DNA of 64,000 bases. Origin: Candidatus Marinacidobacterales bacterium (GTDB taxonomy: Bacteria; Acidobacteriota; Vicinamibacteria; Marinacidobacterales; DATDRI01). Shown here piece after piece: positions 29,096 to 38,375 of this stretch (positions are counted from its first letter, which is position 1; the number at the start of each line of letters is the position of its first letter). The stretch is from assembly GCA_965226495.1 (NCBI GenBank), contig OZ245365.1, positions 1,792,001 to 1,856,000 of the forward strand, in the 5' to 3' direction. Below the pieces are notes generated by a model. The model had not been told where the DNA came from. It saw only the letters and a program-made list of their open reading frames with translations, and made no database searches. The position numbers and the translations under genes are program-made.

Positions 29096-29539
29096 ATGCA
29101 TTTCGAAGGCAAAATCAACATCAAACAGAAACGCTCGGAGGTTTGGGCGTTTCTGATCGATGCCGAGGCCGTGAGTCATTGTATGCCAGGGCTCGAGTCC
29201 ATCGAGATCGTGACCCCTAACAAGAAATTCCGCGCCCTTGGTGCATTGGGTCTCGGTACGGTCAAGATCAAGATGAATAGCGATGTGGAATGGGTAGAGC
29301 TCGATGCTCCTAATCGAGCGACAATGAAAATGAATGGCACCGCACCAGGAAGCTCGATCGACGTTGCCAGCGAGATGCTCTTGGCCGATGGTGCCGACGG
29401 TTCTACCGATATGGAGTGGTCGGCAGAGGTGAAAGTGCTGGGGACCATCGCGAGCCTCGCCGCGCGACTCATGAAACCCGTCACCCAAAAACTGACCGGT
29501 CAGTTCTTCACTTGCGTTAAAAAGAAACTCGAAAAATGA
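29096..29539 (+). CDS. coxG: CoxG/SRPBCC family protein
   Basis: VWAFL.D..CMPG, G.IASLAARLM and FF motifs. Confidence 0.85.
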   Translation: MHFEGKINIKQKRSEVWAFLIDAEAVSHCMPGLESIEIVTPNKKFRALGALGLGTVKIKMNSDVEWVELDAPNRATMKMNGTAPGSSIDVASEMLLADGADGSTDMEWSAEVKVLGTIASLAARLMKPVTQKLTGQFFTCVKKKLEK

Positions 29540-30558
29540 AATTCGGTCCCGTTCCTTTGGGAAGGGCCGAAGGCAAGATTCTGGGGCACAACGTTGCCGG
29601 TCGCGACGGCCGGCGGTTGCTCCGGAAGGGGAAAGCTCTCACTACGGAGCATGTGGCAGTGCTCCGTGGGATGGGGCGGACCGTGGTCTACGTCGCTGAG
29701 CTCGAGCCCGGCGACGTGGGCGAGGACGTGGCCGCGCGTCGTGTTGCCGACGCGGCGAAGGGCGATGGTCTTCGTCTCTTGGGCTCCTCCACAGGTCGGG
29801 TCAACGTTTTGTCTACCACCCAGGGTTTGTTTCGATTGAATCCCGATCGGCTGGTTCGACTCAACGAGTGTGACGGTGTCACCCTCGCTGCGCTCGATAC
29901 TCACACGGCCGTCGGCCCCGGTCAGGCAGTAGCCACCATCAAGGTTATTCCGTACGCGGTGCCAGAACGGACCGTCGCCCGTGCCGAGGCGATCGCCATC
30001 GAGGGAGAACCTCTCATCCGCGTGGACGCGCTCCCATCGCGGGCGGTGGGGATGATCTTATCGGGGTCGCCGTCGGTTCGCAGCAAGCTCTTCGAAGATT
30101 TCTTTCCACTAGAGGAAAGGGTGCGAAGCCTGGGCTCTCACATTTCGAAACGCGACTACGTCACATTGGACGATGATTCGGGAGAGTCTTCGCTGGCCTC
30201 GGTGATTGGGCAGCAACGGGATGCCGGCGTCCATCTGATCCTCTTTGCCGGAGAGACCGCGATCATGGACGCGCGAGACATTATGCCCCGTGCGCTCGAG
30301 CGTGCTGGCGGACGCGTCACCTGTGTCGGCGCCCCCGTGGATCCGGGCAACCTCCTCATGCTGGGCTATATTGGTGACGTGCCGGTGCTTGGTGCGCCCG
30401 GCTGCGCCAGGAGCAGGAAGGTCAACGTCGTGGATTGGGTGCTTCCTCGACTGCTGGTCGGAGATCGTTTGACGCGTGCGGATATAGTCGCCTTAGGACA
30501 CGGTGGTCTTCTGGAGGACGTGCCGGAGCGACCGTTGCCGCGTAGCCGCATCGACTGA
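29536..30558 (+). CDS. Molybdopterin-binding (MoeA-like/MoCF biosynthesis) protein
   Basis: MKFG, DVGEDVAA, TGRVN, ATIKVIPYAV, PVDPGNLL, GAPGCARS and GGLL. Confidence 0.85.
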   Translation: MKFGPVPLGRAEGKILGHNVAGRDGRRLLRKGKALTTEHVAVLRGMGRTVVYVAELEPGDVGEDVAARRVADAAKGDGLRLLGSSTGRVNVLSTTQGLFRLNPDRLVRLNECDGVTLAALDTHTAVGPGQAVATIKVIPYAVPERTVARAEAIAIEGEPLIRVDALPSRAVGMILSGSPSVRSKLFEDFFPLEERVRSLGSHISKRDYVTLDDDSGESSLASVIGQQRDAGVHLILFAGETAIMDARDIMPRALERAGGRVTCVGAPVDPGNLLMLGYIGDVPVLGAPGCARSRKVNVVDWVLPRLLVGDRLTRADIVALGHGGLLEDVPERPLPRSRID

Positions 30559-30567
30559 GCAAAGAAG

Positions 30568-31365
30568 ATGACATCGAAGAGAGGCACCGTCGCCGTGACC
30601 CCTGCTAACCTTGTTGCAACTGTCGCACTTGTCGTCTTCGCAGCGGCAGCTCCCTCCGTTTTCGGGCAGAGTTGTCCGCCGTGTGGGGATTACGAGACCG
30701 TCGTCGAAAAGAGACGCCAATTGGAACAGGCCTTCGGGCTTTCGCTCACCGTCCCCGACTGCTTAGGAGTTACCAACCTTAATATCTGTCGGAAGATCGA
30801 AAAGATCTTGGAGAACGTCACGCAGGGTATCGATGCCATCGTGACCCGCAACATTCCTGAGGGAGAGCGCGGGTGTCTGAGCTGCGATCCGCAGCCCAAC
30901 TTGATCTCGCTCACCCATGGTCTCAACTCGTTGACTTATTTCCTGTTGGACAATGGCTATGGGGATCCGAATTCCTCGCACGAGAACCGGCTAGCGAGTT
31001 TGAAGAAGTGGAGAGGCTATCGATGTCCTTGCTCAGCGTCATCGTCTGACGGAGCGGCGCCGGCATCCGTCGATGATCCCGAGGACACCGCACGCGAAGA
31101 GCTAATGAGGAAGTGTGGCCCAAACTTCACAAAAAGAAGAAAGGGGTTGCGTCAGGTTCTTCGGGTTCCGGATGATCGCAATGGATGCTACCAGTCGCGG
31201 AAGTGCCGGGGAGCTATGTCGTACAAGGGCTTCGATGCCGAGCCAGGCTTCTGGTCTTATGACGGCGAGAACTGGTACATCTGGGCCGAGCGGCTGAGTA
31301 CCGACGGAGAATGGGCCGAGTGTCTTCCCGAGGCTGAGACCGAGGAGTCGGATCCGCCGGACTAG
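30568..31365 (+). CDS. Secreted cysteine-rich hypothetical protein
   Basis: Signal peptide ending VFG-Q; 12 Cys including CPPC, CLSC and CPC. Confidence 0.65.
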   Translation: MTSKRGTVAVTPANLVATVALVVFAAAAPSVFGQSCPPCGDYETVVEKRRQLEQAFGLSLTVPDCLGVTNLNICRKIEKILENVTQGIDAIVTRNIPEGERGCLSCDPQPNLISLTHGLNSLTYFLLDNGYGDPNSSHENRLASLKKWRGYRCPCSASSSDGAAPASVDDPEDTAREELMRKCGPNFTKRRKGLRQVLRVPDDRNGCYQSRKCRGAMSYKGFDAEPGFWSYDGENWYIWAERLSTDGEWAECLPEAETEESDPPD

Positions 31366-31445
31366 GCCGGCTTACCAAGAGCCTTGAGCATGCCCTTGGC
31401 CTGCATCGCACGCCGCCTTCCGCAGCGAGCCTGTCGAGCGGAGGG

Positions 31446-32144
31446 CTAGGCCGCGTCAGCGGCCGAACTGGAAGAATGCCCATAGTTGCGCCTCTTTAGA
31501 AAACGCGGTGAACGGTCGTGCTCGGAGAGCGCGTCGTTCAAGATAACACCCGCCTCGTCGCACTTGCCGGCTTTTTCTAGATGCTGAGCAAGAAGAACCT
31601 TGTGCTGCATGCGGGGATTTGCCTCCACAAGCCCCTTGAGAGCCCCCAGGCATTCCTCCTGACGTCCATTTTCGAAGAGCGCATGAGCGAGTGGTGGCCA
31701 GGCAGCATACTGTCGGTAGGTTCTATCGATTGCGGTTAGGGTGTTGAGACGCTCGGCCGCCTGCGAATATTCCTTCTGGGCAATCAAAGTTAACCCCAAA
31801 CCATAGAGAGCCTCGAGATCTTGAGGTTCTTGCCGCAGCGCCTCCGTAAAGTGTTCGTCCGCTTCGTGATAGTTGCCCCAGTCGTAGAGTCCCTGGGCTA
31901 GTGCGATGCGGTTCGCCAAGCTGGGTGTCTGCTGAAAGTGGTACCGCAGGTCTTCCACCGAAGGTGGTTTTCGAAAGATATCCCCGATCCGTGCTAAGAT
32001 TTTCACTAGGAAAAAATAGACCACGCCGCCGAGCGGCACAAAGAAGATGATCCAAGGCCAATAACAGGCCTCGCGACGCTTTATGGAGTCCGCCACAAGC
32101 CACACCTTGAAGACGAGAACGAGGGCAGGTAACAGACGGATCAT
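31446..32144 (-). CDS. Membrane-anchored TPR protein (COG4700-like)
   Basis: YWPWIIFFVPLGGVVYFF anchor, TPSLANR..LA and TPR-like helices. Confidence 0.7.
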   Translation of the reverse strand: MIRLLPALVLVFKVWLVADSIKRREACYWPWIIFFVPLGGVVYFFLVKILARIGDIFRKPPSVEDLRYHFQQTPSLANRIALAQGLYDWGNYHEADEHFTEALRQEPQDLEALYGLGLTLIAQKEYSQAAERLNTLTAIDRTYRQYAAWPPLAHALFENGRQEECLGALKGLVEANPRMQHKVLLAQHLEKAGKCDEAGVILNDALSEHDRSPRFLKRRNYGHSSSSAADAA

Positions 32145-32283
32145 CTTTATTCGGCTAGGCCTTGTCGAACATCGCCGGACGCCACGCCAATTCGACTTTG
32201 GATTTTTAATTGGGTTATCTACATTTTTACCATAAAAATTGCATTTGATCTAATGGCAGTGCGTGGGTCCCAACTGGGTGATC

Positions 32284-32299
32284 TGGCAGGAGATTTGCA
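32284..32299 (+). promoter_or_regulatory. Putative sigma-54 (-24/-12) promoter
   Basis: TGGCAGGAGATTTGCA matches TGGCAC-N5-TTGC with GG-N10-GC spacing; AT-rich tract at about 32195-32252 upstream. Confidence 0.6.
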
Positions 32300-32389
32300 C
32301 CTTGGACGCCGTGCCAACCTCGTCAGACCGACCAGAGCACACACACCGCGATACGATATTAGACGGACAATACGGACAGGGGGAAGAGA

Positions 32390-32875
32390 TTGGGGTTACA
32401 GGTTCTGATTGCAGGCTGCACGGCCGATGAAAAGTCACGAGTAGATCGCGCCGTCAGAAAAACGATCGGAAATCGTGCCGAAGACGGCCCCTGGAGCATT
32501 TCTCTCGTCAAACTCGGTGCCGAGTGGTCGGTAACGATCGACGGGCCGGAGCCTAAATACAAGGGGCTGACGCTTATGGCACCCGAGATCAGTCTTCAGA
32601 ATGCCCTGGTCGAGGCTCTCACCAAACCCCGGGTCGGCGCCGATGTGGAAGCGAACGCTCCTCCGCCAGCCGCGGCCGCCTCTTCGTCGTCGGGGACCCG
32701 CGACCAACATCAATGCCCGAAGTGTGGGAACGACTTCGTAGTGGTCTACGCGGCGCAACCAGGCGAGAGAACCGCCGATGCACCGGTAGCGTGCCCGCAC
32801 TGTTGGCAGGTCACGAAGGTTCCTGTAGCGGCGAGTGCTGCCCAGCACGAGGATTACCGAGCGGAAGCCCTGTAA
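32390..32875 (+). CDS. Hypothetical protein with a C-terminal zinc ribbon
   Basis: TTG start after a purine-rich RBS; CPKC and CPHC pairs after a Pro/Ala linker. Confidence 0.65.
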   Translation: MGLQVLIAGCTADEKSRVDRAVRKTIGNRAEDGPWSISLVKLGAEWSVTIDGPEPKYKGLTLMAPEISLQNALVEALTKPRVGADVEANAPPPAAAASSSSGTRDQHQCPKCGNDFVVVYAAQPGERTADAPVACPHCWQVTKVPVAASAAQHEDYRAEAL

Positions 32876-32889
32876 ATATGGTCTCTTCG

Positions 32890-32977
32890 TCCTGTAATCC
32901 CTCTCCTCCGGGAGAGGGCCTAGAAGCCTTCCTCCTGTAATCCCTCTGCCCTCCGGGGAGAGGGCCGGGGTGAGGGG
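32890..32977 (-). repeat. Two tandem REP-like palindromic units (same family as 5684 and 11831, reverse orientation)
   Basis: tcctgtaatccctct..gggagagggcc at 32890-32920 and 32933-32966, ending ggggtgagggg. Confidence 0.75.
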
Positions 32978-33052
32978 CGCAGGACACCGGCTTCCCATCC
33001 ATTCTCCGGAATTTTCTGCTGCGGAGGCTGTATGCTTAGTGGGGAGGCCGCG

Positions 33053-33958
33053 ATGACAAGAATCCTATGGACCGCAGTGATCGTCGGCGTTTGCCTGTCT
33101 TGTGGTAGCGCCGACGTGCCGTTTGAAGAGGAGATGGCGGAACAGATCGCGGCGGGGTCGGTCCCGGCAGCCCCGGCACGGACGGGTTTGGCCATGGTCG
33201 CGGCGGAGTCACCCAGGTTGCAGCAAACTCAGCCTCCAGCCACACCCGCCCCGCTTGCAGACAAGCGGAAGATCATCCGCAACGGCTATCTAAACCTGGA
33301 GGTCTCTTCGGTCGAAGAGGCATTAGCCGACATCAAAGCCCTCGTGGACTCCGCGAATGGATACGTCGCGAACGAGTCGGTGAGCCAAGACCAATACGAG
33401 ACCAGGTCAGGCACCATCACCTGTCGCGTTCCATCGGAGCAATTGGACGGGACTCTCGAAGAGCTCAAGAAACTCGGCAAAGTGGAGCACGTCTCCATCA
33501 CCGGAAATGACATCACTGACCAGTATTTTGATCTCGAGATCCGGATGCGCAACCAAAAGGAGCTCGAGGAACGGCTGGTGGCGCTTCTGAAACGTCCATC
33601 CAACAAGCTCGCCGACCTTCTGGCTGCAGAGCGGGAACTGGCTCGTGTCCGAACTGATGTCGACGCGATGGAGGGTCGGAAGAGACTCTGGGACAACCAG
33701 ATCGCCTACTCGACCGTCACCATCAACGTGCGTGAGCCCGGTCCCGCGGTTCAGGGAGGCGGAGTCTTCCGTGCGCTTTGGAGTTCTTTCGGTCGGTCGG
33801 GGGAGAACTTCGTTCTCACCGTTGCCGAGCTCATTGCGCTGACCGGAACTCTCGTGCCTCTAGCAGTAGCGGGTCTATTCGCATTTTGGGGAGGGCGTAG
33901 GCTATGGAGGCGTCGCCGGAAGTCCTCAGATTCTTCGGCCAAGACTGGAGCTAACTGA
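33053..33958 (+). CDS. DUF4349 domain lipoprotein
   Basis: Lipobox CLSC; RKIIRNG, RVPS, DITDQYFD and YSTVTI; C-terminal TM. Confidence 0.85.
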   Translation: MTRILWTAVIVGVCLSCGSADVPFEEEMAEQIAAGSVPAAPARTGLAMVAAESPRLQQTQPPATPAPLADKRKIIRNGYLNLEVSSVEEALADIKALVDSANGYVANESVSQDQYETRSGTITCRVPSEQLDGTLEELKKLGKVEHVSITGNDITDQYFDLEIRMRNQKELEERLVALLKRPSNKLADLLAAERELARVRTDVDAMEGRKRLWDNQIAYSTVTINVREPGPAVQGGGVFRALWSSFGRSGENFVLTVAELIALTGTLVPLAVAGLFAFWGGRRLWRRRRKSSDSSAKTGAN

Positions 33959-33963
33959 CGAAC

Positions 33964-34467
33964 ATGCATATCACCGAGCCCATGACTATGATCACGGACT
34001 ACCTCCTGGCGGGGCAGGCCGTTTTCCTGGCGATGTCTCTTTGGCGGAAGTCTCGCGCGGCGGGGAAGGGCTCGGTCGGTCCTTGGGTGCTCGCGTTTCT
34101 GGTTGCGGCACTGGCCGCCCTAGCCGGCGGGACCTCGCACGGCTTCCGGCTTTATCTCGGCGAAGCGAATTGGTCCATCGTCTGGACGGTCACGGTATGG
34201 TCCATCGGTGCCGGTTCGGTGTTGATGCTGATCGCGGGGCTGCGGTCGGCGCTGCGGCCGGAGACCGACAACCAAGAGCATCGCAAAGTCGGTGTCAGCT
34301 CGCTAAGAAAGGGAATCCTCGTGAGCGCGATCGGCATCACGCTCATGGTAGCCAAGGTCTCCTTTCACAAGCACTTCAACCAGAACGACCTCTACCACGT
34401 TATTCAGATGGTGGGGCTGTTGTACTTCTACCGCGGCGCAGTACTTCTACACGGCTTGGAAGGCTAA
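33964..34467 (+). CDS. DUF6962-like membrane protein
   Basis: EPMTMITDYLLA, GGTSHG and FNQNDLYHVIQM. Confidence 0.7.
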   Translation: MHITEPMTMITDYLLAGQAVFLAMSLWRKSRAAGKGSVGPWVLAFLVAALAALAGGTSHGFRLYLGEANWSIVWTVTVWSIGAGSVLMLIAGLRSALRPETDNQEHRKVGVSSLRKGILVSAIGITLMVAKVSFHKHFNQNDLYHVIQMVGLLYFYRGAVLLHGLEG

Positions 34468-34500
34468 AAAAAAGCCCGGGCCACAACCAGTGACCCGGGC
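34466..34500 (-). terminator. Rho-independent terminator of the radical SAM gene
   Basis: Minus strand gcccgggtcac-tggtt-gtggcccgggc followed by a T run. Confidence 0.85.
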
Positions 34501-34517
34501 ACCGAGAGCGGGATTAG

Positions 34518-35801
34518 CTAGAAGCTACCGCTCACACCCTTAAAGCCGCGCATGGCTTGCTTGGCGCCCCACCACAGCACCCGCCGCGTGTTGTAACAGA
34601 ATCCCAGGATGTAGTTGCAGGTGGACAAGCAGCGCTTCGTGCACTCCTCTTTCATCTCGTCGAGCTGCTGGTGATCGAATTTGGGATTCCCCACGGTACC
34701 CCAGTCGTGGCTTGCGGAGTACATCGGGAAGCAAGGTGCGAGCGTTCCCTCCGGGCGAATGATCAGCATGTTGTGGCCGGCGCGGCAGTTCCAGCGCTGC
34801 TTCACTTCACCACGCATGAGGTTCTTCATCTCACGAAGATGCGAGAGCGGGTTCACGATCCTCTGGCCGCCCTCGTGCCTTTCGATGATCCAATCGAGCA
34901 AGTCGTCTACTTTCTCGTAGTCTTCCGGCCGCAGATAGGTCTCGTTGACTTCGAGATGCTTGAAGTGGTCTTGCTGGATCATGGGAGCCTCGTTGATGTG
35001 GAAGTCAATCGAGATATTGTGCTCCTCGGCGATGTGCGTCAGCTTGACGACGTCATCCATATTATTACGGCAGATATTGGTGTTGATCGCGACGGTGTAG
35101 CCGTAACGGTGCTGCCGCTTCAGCATATAGTCGAAGTGGTCGCGTATGGGATCGAGCGCCTTGGGTAGCGAGGGCTTCACGGCCACGCTATCGATGGCTA
35201 GATTGATGGCGGCCAACCCGGCATCACCTACCTTGTCGATGACCTCCGGGCGCATCAAGCGGCCGTTGGTCGGCAGGTAAACGAAGAAACCTTTCTTTGC
35301 GGCATAGTCCGTGACCTTGTGAACGAAGTCCGGTCGCAGGAGAGGCTCACCACCCATCAAGGCGAGAACCCGATTGCCCATGGACTCGAGCCAGTCGATG
35401 GAGTGTCGGGCGGTCTCTTCCGTCATGCCTTTGACGGCGTTGTTGTAGGCCCAGCAGTAATGGCAATCCAGGTTGCACTTATAGTCAGTGAACAAATACG
35501 CGATGATGGGGCGGAGCTCCTTGCTGTTCTTGGGCGAGCGCGACGCAAAGTATGACTTGCCCCACGAGTGCCATGTCCGCATGGCGTTCGTCCTTTGGTA
35601 CTCGGTCTTCGTGGGATCGGTCTCGTCCGAATAAGCTCGCTGAGGGTAGACCGGCTCAGGCAGTTTCTGACCAGGAGAAACAGGCTGTGACACCTCGCTG
35701 CCCTTTGGCTCTGTCAAAATGTCATGGAGCTTCACATCGATACGATAGGGTTCCGCGGTCGCTGTCGCGCCAGTCTGCTGTCCAGTTTGCTCTTCCGCCA
35801 A
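34518..35801 (-). CDS. Radical SAM protein with a SPASM/twitch-like C-terminal domain
   Basis: CNLDCHYC, GGEPLLR, TNG; CRAG..APC and CTKRCLSTC; RBS aggag before TTG. Confidence 0.88.
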   Translation of the reverse strand: MAEEQTGQQTGATATAEPYRIDVKLHDILTEPKGSEVSQPVSPGQKLPEPVYPQRAYSDETDPTKTEYQRTNAMRTWHSWGKSYFASRSPKNSKELRPIIAYLFTDYKCNLDCHYCWAYNNAVKGMTEETARHSIDWLESMGNRVLALMGGEPLLRPDFVHKVTDYAAKKGFFVYLPTNGRLMRPEVIDKVGDAGLAAINLAIDSVAVKPSLPKALDPIRDHFDYMLKRQHRYGYTVAINTNICRNNMDDVVKLTHIAEEHNISIDFHINEAPMIQQDHFKHLEVNETYLRPEDYEKVDDLLDWIIERHEGGQRIVNPLSHLREMKNLMRGEVKQRWNCRAGHNMLIIRPEGTLAPCFPMYSASHDWGTVGNPKFDHQQLDEMKEECTKRCLSTCNYILGFCYNTRRVLWWGAKQAMRGFKGVSGSF

Positions 35802-35989
35802 TCTATACGATCTCCTTGTATTGCTATCCTTAAGGGCCAGCCTCGGGCCAACCCACCTGAACTCGATATATTAAACTAAATTTAGCCTGCATGGCAAAAT
35901 TAACCTTCTTAGAAAGGTCACATTTAAGCGCCTGGATTTGCGTGTTTTGTTCGCTTCCGGCCCAATGACATGCGTTGGGGTCTAGTTTG

Positions 35990-37411
35990 CTACTCCGACG
36001 AGAACGCCTTAATCAAGTCGTACCAATAGTCTACGGCGTCATTGAAGGCATCTACCGCGACCCTCTCGTCCTGGCCATGCGCCCGCGAATCGTCAGGGTC
36101 CTCGAAAATGGCCCCGATTCCATAGGTCGGTACACCCGCCCTTCGGACATACATCCCATCGGTGGCGCCGGTCTCCATGACCGGGACCACCGGAACCCCC
36201 GGGAAGTGTTTGGCGGCGAGGCGCTCGATGGTGTCGACGACCCTCGGCGAAAGGGGTGATGGCGGGCTAGGCGTCGCCTCGCCGAGGCGCGTAATCACGA
36301 TTTGCTCATCACCCACCACCCGGGTGAGCGTGCGTTCGACTTCATCGACCGACTCGCCGGGGAGTATGCGGCAGTTCACAACGGCTCGCGCGGTTTGGGG
36401 TAATGCGTTCTCGGCGTGTCCCGCCGACAACATCGTGGCCACGCAGGTCGTTCGCAGCATGGCGTTGTAATAGGGAGATGTCGACAACCGGGCAACAGCG
36501 GCAGGATCGAGAGGCACTTGCAGAACTGCCTTCATGTCTTCCACCACGGGGTCGAACGATTGCTCGGCAGACTTCTGGAAGAAGGCCCTTGTCACGTCAT
36601 TGAGCACCACTGGGAATCTAAACTCTGCGAGTCTTGTCAAAGCTGCGGCAAGACGATAAATGGCGTTGTCTTCAGTAGGGCGCGAGCTATGCCCCCCCTT
36701 GTTGGTGACCTCGAGTCGAAAGCTCAAATAGATTTTCTCGCTGGCTTGGAGCGAGAGCCTTGTTCTTTTTCCGTTACCGAGGGTCCCGAAGCCGGCATCG
36801 GTATTCAACGCGAGCTCCGCCTTCGCAAGGTCTTGGGGTGGTTGCATGAGCCAACGGATTCCGTTCTGCGTCGATTCCTCGTCCCCGGTAATCACCATGA
36901 TCAGCTCGCGGTCCGGAACGAATCCTTCTTGTCTGAGGCGAATGAAGATCGCCACCAACTTGGCGACGCCCTCTTTGTTATCGGTGGTGCCGCGGCCATA
37001 GAGGAAGCCGTCCTGCTCGGTCAGCGCGAACGGATCCATCGACCAGTCTTCGCGGAGTGCGTCGACGACGTCGAGGTGGGCAAGAAGAAGTAGCGGGCCA
37101 CGGTCGGATCGGTTTCCCCGCCAGTGCACGACCAGATTGCCCGGGCTGTCTGCTGGTCCGACGACCCGGACATCATCCGACGGGAAGCCCGCGTCCCTCA
37201 AGCGAGTCGCCAGGGCTTCGGCTGCTCTTACGCTGTTACCCGTTCCGGCCACGGTGCGTAGGGCCACCAACTCTGCCAACACTTCCCGGGCGAACCGGTG
37301 GAGATCGTCCGACTGGGCGCTGGAAGCGACTGCGGTGGGCAGAGAGGAGAGCATTAAAACCATTGCTGTAGCCGCCGCAAGACCCCCACCTACGCTGTTG
37401 ATTGCTTTCAT
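35990..37411 (-). CDS. M20/M25/M40 family metallopeptidase, secreted
   Basis: AHLDVV, GRGTTDNK, GDEE, GGHSS, GATDG and AHGQDER. Confidence 0.92.
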   Translation of the reverse strand: MKAINSVGGGLAAATAMVLMLSSLPTAVASSAQSDDLHRFAREVLAELVALRTVAGTGNSVRAAEALATRLRDAGFPSDDVRVVGPADSPGNLVVHWRGNRSDRGPLLLLAHLDVVDALREDWSMDPFALTEQDGFLYGRGTTDNKEGVAKLVAIFIRLRQEGFVPDRELIMVITGDEESTQNGIRWLMQPPQDLAKAELALNTDAGFGTLGNGKRTRLSLQASEKIYLSFRLEVTNKGGHSSRPTEDNAIYRLAAALTRLAEFRFPVVLNDVTRAFFQKSAEQSFDPVVEDMKAVLQVPLDPAAVARLSTSPYYNAMLRTTCVATMLSAGHAENALPQTARAVVNCRILPGESVDEVERTLTRVVGDEQIVITRLGEATPSPPSPLSPRVVDTIERLAAKHFPGVPVVPVMETGATDGMYVRRAGVPTYGIGAIFEDPDDSRAHGQDERVAVDAFNDAVDYWYDLIKAFSSE

Positions 37412-37666
37412 CGGGCAACGGCTTCGGCGCGGCCTCGCCGGAGCCTTGCGTCCGCCTCCGCCATCGATTTGCCTAAGGCTACAGCGGGACCTGGCCATAG
37501 CCGGTGATTTCTGGGGCAACGTCACCGGCGAAGGCCGGAAGGCGGGCGTCGCGTTCACTCTTAGTCTCAATGAATCCTGCCTCTGATAGGGTCTATTCTA
37601 TGCGATGACGGAACGGCTTGCGCACCGAGCCTCTATGCGATAAATCTCAAGCAGGAGGTCTCTCTC

Positions 37667-38031
37667 GTGAAGATGACAGTCAAGCGTTTCGATTCCCCGG
37701 ACGGCAGCCGAATTTTCTCGAAGGGGAAGTTCGAGCTCTCTCCACGGGCGGTACGACGGTGGGAAGGGCTAGCTATGCGCCGGGCTGGAAGTGGTCCGAG
37801 CACGTCGGCCCTTCGGTCGGCGAAAAGAGCTGCAAGGTCGAGCACGTCTGCATGGTGGTATCGGGACGTGCCATGATCGCGATGGACGACGGCACCAAAG
37901 CGGAAGTCGGGCCCGGCGACGTGTTTTATGTCCCACCCGGACACGATAGCTGGGTGCTGGGGGACGAGCCCTACGTCTCCCTCCACTTCCTCGGGTCGGA
38001 GCACTACGCTGAGCAGAGCTCCGGCCAGTGA
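37667..38031 (+). CDS. Cupin domain protein, frameshifted at about 37740
   Basis: KRFDSPD..F.KGKFEL in one frame and APGWKWSEHV..C..EH..PPGHDSWV in another; RBS aggagg; the shift lies in a CT repeat. Confidence 0.8.
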
Positions 38032-38073
38032 CGTTTCTGACCGCGGACCTAGCCGATACCTTTTGCACGCTGA

Positions 38074-38355
38074 GGCGAGTACGCCAATCACACGTTTTCA
38101 CAACGGTTCGGCTACCCGCCGGCTTTCATCTATTCGATCTGCGCGGTGCAGCTGGTCTGCTCGATAGGCATTCTCGTGCGTCCCCTCGTGTCGTGGGCAG
38201 CGGCAGCGCTCACCGTTATCACGCTCGGCGCGATCGCCTCACATCTGAGGATCGGGTCACCCGAGACCGCGCCGGTTGCGATCGTTTACACCGCAGTCCA
38301 GGTGTGGTTCGGGCTCGAGAGTCGCGCTAAAAAGCTTGGCGCCGCTGACCGCTGA
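38074..38355 (+). pseudogene. 5'-truncated DoxX family membrane protein
   Basis: RFGYPPAFIY..QLVCSIG..GAIASHLRIG with no upstream start codon. Confidence 0.55.
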
Positions 38356-38375
38356 GTTCGACTTCGTTTTCGCAA

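Noticed and set aside
28568-29488. 306-aa minus-strand ORF, or an IS element at 28600-28810
   Set aside because: The ORF is antisense to YHS/coxG. I could not verify transposase motifs, convincing terminal inverted repeats or a target duplication.
30568-31365. Multiheme cytochrome c
   Set aside because: The CxxC motifs are not followed by His.
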